Of a DNA stretch of 64,000 bases, positions 20,391 to 29,964 are shown in pieces. The position numbers and the translations under genes were made by a program. Each line of letters begins with the position of its first letter. Within the stretch, counting starts at the first letter, position 1. The notes below the pieces were generated by a model, which worked only from the letters and a program-made list of their open reading frames with translations, was not told the origin of the DNA and did no database searches. The DNA is from Candidatus Hodarchaeota archaeon (GTDB taxonomy: Archaea > Asgardarchaeota > Heimdallarchaeia > Hodarchaeales > Hodarchaeaceae): the NCBI GenBank assembly GCA_029856365.1, contig JAHQWW010000009.1:1-64000 (forward strand), written 5' to 3'.

Positions 20391-21299
20391 TTACTCTTTT
20401 AATACAATAACCGATGCATAACCAACAACTGAACTTCTAGATCCACAAGTTAATCCGCTGGTTGCATAATTTAACAATTTGGCTGATTTTGCTTCTAATT
20501 TTTCCGTCAAGGAAAGAAGAACCTTAACAGGCCCCACCCCACACATAGATATGTTATTTTTTCGGACTGCTTCCTCCAATGCTTCAGGATCCCGATTTAA
20601 TATTGGAGCCAAAGCCAATTTATCAAGTGAAGAGACTTGATCATGATTTAGCAAAGGAAAGTAATTCCCATGGGTCATATCAGTACTCGCAATGGTGACT
20701 ATTGAATCTTCGAGTCCTTCCTCCTTTATCATATCAGCTAAGTAATAGCCAAAAGATTGAGTAAGACTTGTTGGCAGATGTCCAACCGCGATTGGGGCTA
20801 TTTTGAATTCTGAATAAATATCTTGGATAAAAGGAATCTGTAGTTCAATTGAATGTTCGTTCATATGAGCTGATTCATCAAAATCTATCATTTGTGCCAG
20901 TTGATCGGACAATTGATGCTTGTTTTCAATAATCTTTGTTAATAATGACATATTTACTGGAGCTTGGCCAAGAGGAGTACTCCAAGCGTTAAAAGGGGCA
21001 ACTGAAATTTCTGGTCCATAATGAGTATGTTTATTCCCAAGCAATAATACTGTATCGATTTCTTTTCGATCTTCTGCTAAAGCTAAGAAACCATGAACAG
21101 CGGTAGGAGCAGAGCATGCGTAACCAGCATGGGGTGAGATTACCCCTAAAATTTTCTTAACTTCTTTTCTTTGATCTAGTGATAATGGTCTTCTACCTGG
21201 GCCCACTTTATGGAAGTACATGGCGTTTATTTCTTTAATTAAAGCCTCTTTATGACCAGAATACCAACTACCAGCACGAACAGCAGCACGAACTTGCAT
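20391..21299 (-). CDS. MEMO1-family protein (AmmeMemoRadiSam protein B)
   Basis: VRAAVRAGSWY, PHAGY, EHSIELQIPF, ASTDMTH, MCGVGP, VVGYAS. Confidence 0.93.
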   Translation of the reverse strand: MQVRAAVRAGSWYSGHKEALIKEINAMYFHKVGPGRRPLSLDQRKEVKKILGVISPHAGYACSAPTAVHGFLALAEDRKEIDTVLLLGNKHTHYGPEISVAPFNAWSTPLGQAPVNMSLLTKIIENKHQLSDQLAQMIDFDESAHMNEHSIELQIPFIQDIYSEFKIAPIAVGHLPTSLTQSFGYYLADMIKEEGLEDSIVTIASTDMTHGNYFPLLNHDQVSSLDKLALAPILNRDPEALEEAVRKNNISMCGVGPVKVLLSLTEKLEAKSAKLLNYATSGLTCGSRSSVVGYASVIVLKE

Positions 21300-21330
21300 A
21301 TGTCTTTAAGACCTCCTATATCTTTTAATT

Positions 21331-21921
21331 TTAGAGTGCTTCATCCTCAATGATAAATTCAGGATGGGCAGTCTCAGGAATGGTAATCGTGGGAACAGAG
21401 TTCTTGATCACCACATGAGACGAATTTTGGGGCTCACTCCATAAACCTCCGTTATCACGGACAGCAACGATCACAGACCAGCATTGTCCCTTCACGACAT
21501 TGGCAGCGGGAATTAAGGTTACATTCGTAAATTGGGATTGGATTACCCCATTTAGAGACCAAATGATTAGAGTTGAGGAGAGATCTTCAACATCTAGAGG
21601 ATCAGGATCACTGAACGTCCAAGTCACTCTCAAATTATCTGATGTATAAATTTGAGATGTTCCCGCGTTTATTTGAATATTAGATACCGTTGGGGGAGAG
21701 TTACTGACACTCCCTAAGGAAAAACCAATATTTGAACTAGTGGTACACCCTAGTGATCTAGAATTCACCATATTCTTTTCTGATGAAGTAATTAACAGAA
21801 AATTGGAATTATATATCATTAATAAGGTAAATATAATGATATGAGATCTCTTCAAAATTGCATGCATCCTTCTACTTAATATCCTCGAAGTGATATAATG
21901 AGACTCTAGCCCTAATGTCAA
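21331..21921 (-). pseudogene. Truncated surface protein (signal-like helix + one Ig-like repeat)
   Basis: One NSPPTVSN..FSDPD..W..NG..KGQCW..RDN repeat; the ORF stops shortly after the second repeat begins (NSVPT). Confidence 0.55.
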
Positions 21922-22254
21922 TAATTGAGTATTATCTAGTTAGAGAAGGCTTGTGTATTTTTAAGTTTTTTCGATTTGTTTGAATTTGAATAGATGAAGT
22001 TTTTCAAAGAGGTTTTTATGGCATTTCAAATTATAAAAACAATTAGCTAGCGGTGACGGAGAAGATACCACTACAACATCAGAGAGTAAAACATCAACGA
22101 CGTTTTAATCCCAGTCTATTCCAGCAATAACTTCAGGATTCCAATTAAGGATAAATGTCCTTAAAGATAAATGTTGTAGCATCTGGAATAAGTAAATTGA
22201 CTGTTATGTGATCGTCATCACCATTCCAGTTCCGTGGGGGCGATGAGTTCAATC

Positions 22255-22286
22255 TTTCTATAAGGAGTAATGACTCCTTATAGAAA
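22255..22286. repeat. Perfect 14-bp inverted repeat with 4-nt loop
   Basis: TTTCTATAAGGAGT-AATG-ACTCCTTATAGAAA. Confidence 0.9.
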
Positions 22287-23083
22287 CATATGGAGTTAAT
22301 CCAGCCTAAAAAATAAAAATTAACGGTAGTTTTACTAAATCATATATATACTATTGATTTGTCACTGCTTCATCTTGACTGATTTGTCGTCTATGGAGGA
22401 TTAGATGAAAGATATATTTGTTCTTTTTATTGTGGATTAATTCTGCAAATATCCATAACAAGTCATCAAACGTTGGAATGGAAGGATTTTCATAAGACTC
22501 AAATCATTTGTCATTGATCTTTGGAGACAGATTAGACTTGTTCTTTTATTAAAAGAAAAATCACAGGAATAACAAAACCAAGAGAAAAAAACGACCAGAG
22601 GGGATGAATGAATTTCTCTATTATATTAAATTGATCTTTTATGATTTTGTTCCAAAAGTAAATACTCAAAAAAATATTATCAGAATCAAATATTTTAAGC
22701 GTGCTAAGATATCGCTAATTGTAATATTATCTGAAATTGATCTTGTTAACCCATATTAACCACATATCTCATCCGCCCACACCATAAGATGCTGTATAAC
22801 TGGCTATCAACTCGCAATTTCAATTCCTAAAAAAATAGAAATTTTAAAATCAATTGAGTCAATGCCAGAATGATTTTAAAATATTTTGTATGCCTATTCT
22901 AATACTGACTTGCTCCCATAAATCCTTGAAATTGAATAATCTCATACAATAGTCGAATTCAGTTTCAGTACTCATTATTCCTAGAATGATATGTCACTTC
23001 TTTTCTGGGGCGAAGAAAATTTTAGTTCTAACTTCTCCACCATTAAGATTCAATCTGTTCATTTAATTAAAGGAATTGTATTC

Positions 23084-23566
23084 TTATTTCTTGACAATTT
23101 GAAAATGAGTTCCCTTCTTGATTCCATACTCTTGAATTAATTCTCTGTTCTTAGCTTTAAATTTAAATTCTCCGGTATCTTTCCGTAAGAATCCTACATA
23201 GAATTCTTTCTTATTCTTTTCCAACCATAAATGCACGAAATTTGCGAACTGTGGGTCATCAGACGGTTTAATTCGAAAATTACCCAGTTTTTTACCTTCA
23301 TCTGTAATGTCAAGATAGTACTCAACGACAGGTTTATCTATGATTGTTTTATCCCGAGAGTGTGTTTTATCCCGTAATTTTTTTTCTTCCTCATTTAAAT
23401 AAGCAATAGCTAATTTTGTTGCTTCTTGAAGAGCTTCATTAGCTAATACTTCATCTTCAACTTCTAGTTCGTATTCAATCCAAATTTCTTCGGGTTCAAA
23501 CTGCCTTACTTGAATTTTTCGGCTTCTTCCAATACGTCTGGGCATTACTCGCCATTTATCTCTCAT
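23084..23566 (-). CDS. Hypothetical protein
   Basis: 160-aa ORF with SD-like GGTGG upstream. Confidence 0.7.
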   Translation of the reverse strand: MRDKWRVMPRRIGRSRKIQVRQFEPEEIWIEYELEVEDEVLANEALQEATKLAIAYLNEEEKKLRDKTHSRDKTIIDKPVVEYYLDITDEGKKLGNFRIKPSDDPQFANFVHLWLEKNKKEFYVGFLRKDTGEFKFKAKNRELIQEYGIKKGTHFQIVKK

Positions 23567-23687
23567 GGGATTCCCACCATAACTTTTAAGGAATTTTTAG
23601 ACTTTAAGTTTTATTCATAGTGATAACTTACGTAATTTGACATGGTTTCAAACTGATATATTTATTTACACTAATTTTCAACTTCTT

Positions 23688-25088
23688 CTAATTTTTTTTC
23701 CCTAGTTCTTTCTCTAATATCATCTCATGAATTGCTTTGGCTGCCTTTCGGCCAGCTTCCATTGCAAGGATGACCGTTGCAGCTCCAGTGGCGACATCAC
23801 CCCCTGTATATACTTGTTCTCGTGTTGTTTTTCCTGTCTCTTCTTGATGAATTAATGTACCCCGCCTAGTGGATTCGAGACCTGGTGTTGTTTGAGCGAT
23901 TAATTGATTTGGTTTTTGACCAATAGCAATGATTACTGTATCTACAGGAAAAATAAATTCTGTATTAGGAATTGGGATGGGTCTTCTACGGCCAGATGCA
24001 TCTTTCTCACCTAATTGCATACGTAAACACTTCAAACCAATCACATTCCCTTTTTTATCTCCAAGAATTTCTACTGGGGATGTTAATTCTCCTATTACCA
24101 CACCCTCTTCTTTAGCATGTATGATCTCCTCCAATCGTGCTGGACATTCTCCTTCAGTACGACGATAAATGATATCTACTTCACGAGCTCCTAATCGGAG
24201 TGAGGTTCGAGCAGCATCCATTGCAACGTTACCTGCTCCAATGACCGCAACTTTTTCACCAACTGAAACGGGAGTATCATACTCAGGAAAATCATATCCT
24301 TTGAGAAGATTCACACGAGTTAAAAATTCATTAGCAGAATAAACTCCTTTCAAATTCTCTCCAGGTATCTTTAGAAAGTTTGGTGTTCCAGCCCCAGATG
24401 CAATATATACAGCATCATATTCGTATTCATTAAGTAGCTCATCAATAGTAATAGTCTTTCCTATGAGAATATCTTTTTCTAATCGGACCCCTAGACTTTG
24501 TACATACTCCACTTCTTCGTTTACTACCTGTTTGGGCATACGGAATTCTGGAATTCCATACATTAATACTCCCCCATATTCATGTAGTGCCTCGTACAAA
24601 ACCACTTCATGACCAAAATTAGCTAGCTCAGCTGCACAAGTCAAGCCTGATGGACCAGATCCAATTATCCCAATTTTGGTTTGTAATTTCTTGGAAAATT
24701 TGATATCAGGACGTTTTCCATGATCAGCAACGAATCTTTCCAATGCCCCGATACTAATTGCATTGGGGTGAATACAAAACTCTTGACACTGGTTTTCTTG
24801 TGGACAAACCCGTCCTGTTATAGCGGGTAAGCTATTGGTTGAAAGAATTATCTCTTTTGCAGAATTAATGTCTCCTTCTCTTAATTTGAGAATAAATTCA
24901 GGGATCCGTACATTTACAGGACAACCCTGTATACAGCGTGGACGCTTACACTGTAAACAACGAGAGGCTTCCTCTAACGCCTCCTCTTCAGTAAATCCCA
25001 GAGCAACTTCTTCAAAGTTCCGAATTCGTTCGCCTGGTTCTTGGGTTTGCATGCGAACTCTTTGTTTCTTAGTTTTTCGTTTAGACAT
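23688..25088 (-). CDS. nfnB: NfnB/SudA (GltD-like) large subunit of electron-bifurcating transhydrogenase
   Basis: EASRCLQC..CIQGCPV, GRVCPQENQC, GSGPSG, GAGNVAMD, GGDVATG. Start moved to ATG 25088 to remove the overlap with the upstream gene. Confidence 0.88.
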   Translation of the reverse strand: MSKRKTKKQRVRMQTQEPGERIRNFEEVALGFTEEEALEEASRCLQCKRPRCIQGCPVNVRIPEFILKLREGDINSAKEIILSTNSLPAITGRVCPQENQCQEFCIHPNAISIGALERFVADHGKRPDIKFSKKLQTKIGIIGSGPSGLTCAAELANFGHEVVLYEALHEYGGVLMYGIPEFRMPKQVVNEEVEYVQSLGVRLEKDILIGKTITIDELLNEYEYDAVYIASGAGTPNFLKIPGENLKGVYSANEFLTRVNLLKGYDFPEYDTPVSVGEKVAVIGAGNVAMDAARTSLRLGAREVDIIYRRTEGECPARLEEIIHAKEEGVVIGELTSPVEILGDKKGNVIGLKCLRMQLGEKDASGRRRPIPIPNTEFIFPVDTVIIAIGQKPNQLIAQTTPGLESTRRGTLIHQEETGKTTREQVYTGGDVATGAATVILAMEAGRKAAKAIHEMILEKELGKKN

Positions 25089-25101
25089 TGCTTTGTTCCT
25101 T

Positions 25102-26934
25102 CTATGGTTTCTCTCGAGCCATTTTTCCGCTAGAAATACGCTCCTCATAAAGATAAGCCCTTGATCTAAGCGTTAATTCTTCAAAATCCACCTTTAATCC
25201 ATCGAAATTAGGGCCATCAACACAAGCGAACTTAACCTCTCCACCAACAGTCACTCTGCAAGAACCACACATTCCAGTACCATCAACCATTATAGGAGCC
25301 AAACTAACAGTTGTTGGAATGTTTTGTTCCTTTGTGAAAGCACAAGTAAACTTCATCATTGGAATTGGCCCAACTGCTACGACATGATCAAAATGTCTTC
25401 CTTCTTTAACAAAGCGTTTTAGGAGATCAAGCCCAAATCCGTGATGACCCTCTGTTCCATCATCAGTAGCAATATGTAGCTCATCACTCACTTCTCGCAT
25501 CTCATCACGACATATTAAAAGTGAAGTTGTTCTAGCTGAAATAATACTCACCACATAATTACCTATTTCTTTCAAAGCTTTGGTCTTAGGTAATACCGGA
25601 GCAACACCACAACCACCACCAAGAACTGCAACGATACCCCATTTTTTTATTTCGACAGGTTTTCCTAAGGGGCCTAAGAGATTAAGAATGTGATCACCAG
25701 CTTTCATTGTCCCCATAAGCTTGGTACTCTTCCCTATTTTTTGAAAAATTAGTGTTATAGTCCCTTTTTCCTTATCACTATCAGCTATAGTTAGGGGAAT
25801 TCGTTCACCATTCTGAATTACTCTGACAATCACAAATTGGCCTGGTTGAGTTTTTTTTGCAATTAAAGGTGCTTTTACGACCCATCTAACAATTTCTGGG
25901 GATAAATCCTCTTGTTCAATGATAGTACATCGACCCTCAGTGAATCTTTGGACACGGAGAGGCTCTTCTTTCAGTTCTTCTTCATGAACCACTTTCTCTT
26001 CTAGCTTAGTAAGATACCTTGAAATTTCTTCGGCCGCTTTAATCCCCTCTGCAGCCCCGACACCTACTACTGAGTCCCCTCTTGTCGCACTACCCGCTGC
26101 AAAAACACCAGGAATATTTGTATCTTGATTGGATGATTTTACAATAATTCTCCCTTGAGGAGTAGTTGTTAACCCTGCATCTTGGAATAGCTCGCGGTTT
26201 GTGTTTTTACTGCTTAGAATCAATACCATTTCTGTTAAAATAGAATATTGTTTTCCGTCCCTACTTTTTAGACGTGTTTTGTTTAACTTATCAGTTCCTT
26301 CAAAAAATAAAGTTTCATGTGAATATAGAACCTCAACGAAACTTTCATTTAATCTTCTCATAAGAGCAGGATGGGCATCAATAGTGTCTCGTACAGTAAT
26401 TAGGTATACATGAGCTCCCATGGCATCATAATGAAGTGCATTTCGGACAGCCCATGATGTATGACCAATTATTGCAACATTTTTCTCCGTATAATCTCCC
26501 TCTGGAAGAGAATAGTATACTCCTTTTCCTCTAAATTTTCCCTCTCCAGGAATATCAAGTTTTCTTGGCTGGAGACCTGTAGCAATTAATACTGCCCGAC
26601 TATTGTACTTAAATTCTTCAGTAAAGAATTCTCCTCTTGTAACTTGGGTATAAACCCGCTTTATGGGATCATTAAGTTCAAGCTTACTAACTTTTTCTGC
26701 ATAATTAATGATTGCATGGTACTTTGCTTGTTTAGCCATTTTATCTAGTAGTTCTTGCCGAGTTATGCTAAAAAAACCAGGGTAGCCATCTACAGCCATA
26801 CTACCTGCTGTAGCGGTTCCGGAACGCGCTTCGAGTACAAGAACGTGGAGACCTAGTTCTGCTGCCCGAATTGCACCAGAAAGACCTGCTGGCCCACCTC
26901 CTACAACGACGAGATCCCATATCTCTGAACTCAA
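25102..26934 (-). CDS. nfnA: Fusion: thioredoxin-reductase-like flavoprotein domain + NfnA/SudB small subunit
   Basis: N-half: GGGPAG, LIATG, TNIPGVFAAG. C-half: PGQFVIVR, ERIPLTIAD, GGGCG, MVDGTGMCGSCR..CVDGP. Likely TTG start at 26934 (track: 27024). Confidence 0.85.
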   Translation of the reverse strand: MSSEIWDLVVVGGGPAGLSGAIRAAELGLHVLVLEARSGTATAGSMAVDGYPGFFSITRQELLDKMAKQAKYHAIINYAEKVSKLELNDPIKRVYTQVTRGEFFTEEFKYNSRAVLIATGLQPRKLDIPGEGKFRGKGVYYSLPEGDYTEKNVAIIGHTSWAVRNALHYDAMGAHVYLITVRDTIDAHPALMRRLNESFVEVLYSHETLFFEGTDKLNKTRLKSRDGKQYSILTEMVLILSSKNTNRELFQDAGLTTTPQGRIIVKSSNQDTNIPGVFAAGSATRGDSVVGVGAAEGIKAAEEISRYLTKLEEKVVHEEELKEEPLRVQRFTEGRCTIIEQEDLSPEIVRWVVKAPLIAKKTQPGQFVIVRVIQNGERIPLTIADSDKEKGTITLIFQKIGKSTKLMGTMKAGDHILNLLGPLGKPVEIKKWGIVAVLGGGCGVAPVLPKTKALKEIGNYVVSIISARTTSLLICRDEMREVSDELHIATDDGTEGHHGFGLDLLKRFVKEGRHFDHVVAVGPIPMMKFTCAFTKEQNIPTTVSLAPIMVDGTGMCGSCRVTVGGEVKFACVDGPNFDGLKVDFEELTLRSRAYLYEERISSGKMAREKP

Positions 26935-27314
26935 AATATTCTTCTCCAAGTAATTGTGAGTTATTAGATTAATTATTTCTATTAGAGTGAGTAATTGAGG
27001 ATATACTAAAAAATTGTGTTTCAAGCTAGCAATAATTTTGCTATGATTTTGAATCTGATTACTTCATGCTTTTACTATGAAAATTTGGTTTTTTTGATTT
27101 CTAAAAAGTATTTTCTCCAATTTACCTTTGAACTTATAGAGAAAATTCAGAAATTAAGACTGTATAAAGTCAATATTTAGTTTCTAGTCTTAAAAAAATA
27201 ATTTACATGTCATTTGCGAAAACTTTTGAAGTTGAAGTAAGTAATCATTCTCGATAGTAAACTGTTCCAAAAGGTTTTATTCTCTTCAATAAATTAAAAT
27301 CGTAAGGAGAAACG

Positions 27315-28256
27315 ATGAATATCGATCCTTTCTTTGAGACTAATATCAAAACAACACCTGATAAGCAAGCTTTTGACTTAAAAGTGGGCTTATTAGGATT
27401 TTTTCTATGTTCCTTTGATACGACTCACGGTTTACAGATCCTCTTTTCATATCCATCAAAATTACAACATGATCAAAATGAGATAAATATTCTGAAAACG
27501 CATTGTGTATGGAAAATAGAGGACATACCTCTTCGAATTGATCTGAAATTCTCAGAATTCGTCTATTCAGCTTTTCAACTTCGACCCGCTTCTCAAGAGG
27601 AAACACCAGCGGCGAGAACCAGCCCAATCTATGGTATCGTAATTAAAAATTGGAAAGATATAAATCCCATTCCAACAAATACCTTTCTCAATTTTAAAAC
27701 CACATTAGAATCGACTATCGGTTCAGATCTTGAATTATTGTACAAGCGTGAGAAATTAGAATTAAATCCAATTAAAAAGCGACAGTATAAAGAGCTAGTA
27801 AAACAAACGGTCAAAATTGAACAGCAATTAAAAGCCAAATGGAAGAAATTTGTTAATAGTGTTAGTGAGAAAACCGTAACTTTCATCACGGAGATACTTC
27901 CAAATCAAGCTAATTCATCATTGGAACCATTAGAAACAAGCCTCTGTGCTCAGGAGTTGTTTAAACAGAAAATTACCATGAGAATTTTGTCACCAGATGA
28001 TACGGACGGAATAATTGTAATTTTAGTAAATCAGAGTGAACATTTGAGGGATGTATTGATTCAGGTATCAAAAAGAACGGAATTTTTTAGTGAACCTATC
28101 TGGGAGCAGGAACTTGAAGAATGGCCGCTGAAAGAGGATTTAATTCTGGAATTTCCCAAATCTGATGTTCTCGAAAATTATCTCATCAGAATCAGTAGCA
28201 GGAAATCAACGATTGACATAAAGTCTCTTGAAGTTGGTACTACTATAACTAGCTAA
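27315..28256 (+). CDS. Longin/uDENN-like protein with shared unannotated C-terminal domain
   Basis: GFFLCSFDTTHGLQILFSYP matches the uDENN/longin N-terminal pattern; the C-terminal ~90 aa align with those of the 28413 and 29965 ORFs. Confidence 0.65.
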   Translation: MNIDPFFETNIKTTPDKQAFDLKVGLLGFFLCSFDTTHGLQILFSYPSKLQHDQNEINILKTHCVWKIEDIPLRIDLKFSEFVYSAFQLRPASQEETPAARTSPIYGIVIKNWKDINPIPTNTFLNFKTTLESTIGSDLELLYKREKLELNPIKKRQYKELVKQTVKIEQQLKAKWKKFVNSVSEKTVTFITEILPNQANSSLEPLETSLCAQELFKQKITMRILSPDDTDGIIVILVNQSEHLRDVLIQVSKRTEFFSEPIWEQELEEWPLKEDLILEFPKSDVLENYLIRISSRKSTIDIKSLEVGTTITS

Positions 28257-28412
28257 CGAAACTCTGTGATAATGAAATGAATGTTGAAAAAGCGTAAACT
28301 CTTTTTTCAAAAAAAGTGATGTATAAATAAGTACAAAAAGTTGGCGAAAACATATTAGTCCTTTAAAAAATGTTGTATCACATAATACAAACCCCTTAAA
28401 GTATTCTGAAAT

Positions 28413-29486
28413 TTGCCTAATCCTGTAAAAAAGGAGAAATGTCTAGTTATGGGACATGGAGATCTCTCATTACATACAGATATTGATCAATCAATTACGG
28501 ATAATTCTTATGGGTTTTTTCTCTATTTTTTCGATGAAATTCAAGGCCATGTCCCACTATTTGTATATCCCCAGGAATTGATGAATAACAAAGATGAAAA
28601 ACAAATTATTTCAATACACAGTATATGGTGGCACCAGGATAAATTTCTAGAAACAGATAAGTTTATTTCCATGGATCTTGAATTGGGGGGTGTTATCTAC
28701 TGTGCTACATTAATTCTATGCCAAACAAGAAGAACTAAAAGACGCTCTGGAATGGATTCCGAAAAATGGCGAGCTGATAGATTTGTTTTAATTGTAAAAG
28801 CTCCTTCAGCTGTCTCTTTTATTGCTCAAGAAATACTACATGAGCTAAAGACTAGAATACAAGGTTCAATAGGTGAAAATTTATGTTTTCTAGTAGAAAA
28901 TCACCTTAAAATGCAAGAAGATTCAGAAGTTGAGGACTTCCCGAATAAGAAATCTAAAGACATTACACAACAGCTTGTAAAGTTATGTACATCGTTAATT
29001 CCTAAAATTCCTATATCTAAACTTGAAGATCAGCTAGAAGAAAGTTATAGGGAAGAATTGGATGAATCTACCGCCACCACTGTTGAAGAACCACAAATAC
29101 AAGTGCCACCGATAAAAAAACACAAGAAATTAAGGTTTTCAATACCTACTGGAAAAAAACATGAGATTAAAAAAGAAAAACCAGTATCTCTAGTTCCAGC
29201 ACCAAAACGTGTTAAAATTGTTGATGTAAAACGTTCTGAAGATGATAGGTTGGTTCAAGTAACTGTTCGTAATAGTAGCTCAGATGTTATAGTTAACGCT
29301 CTTCTTAAAATATATGAATCGGAAGGTTTTTTTGGAAACGATATTCTTGTTTCAAGGATAAAGGAATGGGCGCCAAATGTAGAAGTTTCCATTCAATTTG
29401 AGCCAGCAAAGACAAGTGGCGTCATCTATTTCTTGAAGGTTGATGATGAAAAAGAAACAATAAAAGTAAAAAGAATCTTAGGTTAG
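28413..29486 (+). CDS. Longin/uDENN-like protein with shared unannotated C-terminal domain
   Basis: GFFLYFFDEIQGHVPLFVYP; paralogous to the 27315 ORF (EINILKTHCVW vs EKQIISIHSIW); low-complexity linker, then the shared domain. Confidence 0.65.
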   Translation: MPNPVKKEKCLVMGHGDLSLHTDIDQSITDNSYGFFLYFFDEIQGHVPLFVYPQELMNNKDEKQIISIHSIWWHQDKFLETDKFISMDLELGGVIYCATLILCQTRRTKRRSGMDSEKWRADRFVLIVKAPSAVSFIAQEILHELKTRIQGSIGENLCFLVENHLKMQEDSEVEDFPNKKSKDITQQLVKLCTSLIPKIPISKLEDQLEESYREELDESTATTVEEPQIQVPPIKKHKKLRFSIPTGKKHEIKKEKPVSLVPAPKRVKIVDVKRSEDDRLVQVTVRNSSSDVIVNALLKIYESEGFFGNDILVSRIKEWAPNVEVSIQFEPAKTSGVIYFLKVDDEKETIKVKRILG

Positions 29487-29497
29487 GATGTTATAGC

Positions 29498-29947
29498 GTG
29501 TATTCAACCAAAGTAAAAGACCTGATGAACAAAGAAATAGTGGCTGTAAGTGCTAATGACAGTCTTGAAAAGGTCGCTCAATTAATGGTCGAAAATCATA
29601 TTGGTTCAGTCTTAGTGCATCAGGATCAGGAGCCGATTGGAATTATAACAAAGCGAGACATTATTGAAAGGGTTATCTTATATTGCCAAGATCCATGTGA
29701 AATAAAAGCAAAAGATGTCGCTACAAAAGACCTAATTACGATTTCTTCAGGAGAAACCATTAAAGATGTTTTGATGCTAATGTATAAACACAAGATCAAG
29801 AGAATTCTTGTGAAAAATCCTGATAACTTTGAAGTAGAAGGAATAATTACTACACACGATTTAATTGCAGCTTTCAACGCACTAGAGCTCCAATCAACGT
29901 CTCCGAAAGAAGTCTTATCAACTATAACTAGTAATTCAGACACTTAG
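29498..29947 (+). CDS. Stand-alone CBS-pair protein
   Basis: KVKDLM, IGSVLV, GIITKRDI, GIITTHDL. Confidence 0.92.
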   Translation: MYSTKVKDLMNKEIVAVSANDSLEKVAQLMVENHIGSVLVHQDQEPIGIITKRDIIERVILYCQDPCEIKAKDVATKDLITISSGETIKDVLMLMYKHKIKRILVKNPDNFEVEGIITTHDLIAAFNALELQSTSPKEVLSTITSNSDT

Positions 29948-29964
29948 CATATGGATGGAAAAAA

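Noticed and set aside
23688-25088. Glutamate synthase small subunit (gltD) call
   Set aside because: Pairing with an NfnA/SudB gene and the absence of a gltB-like gene in the window favour Nfn/Sud.
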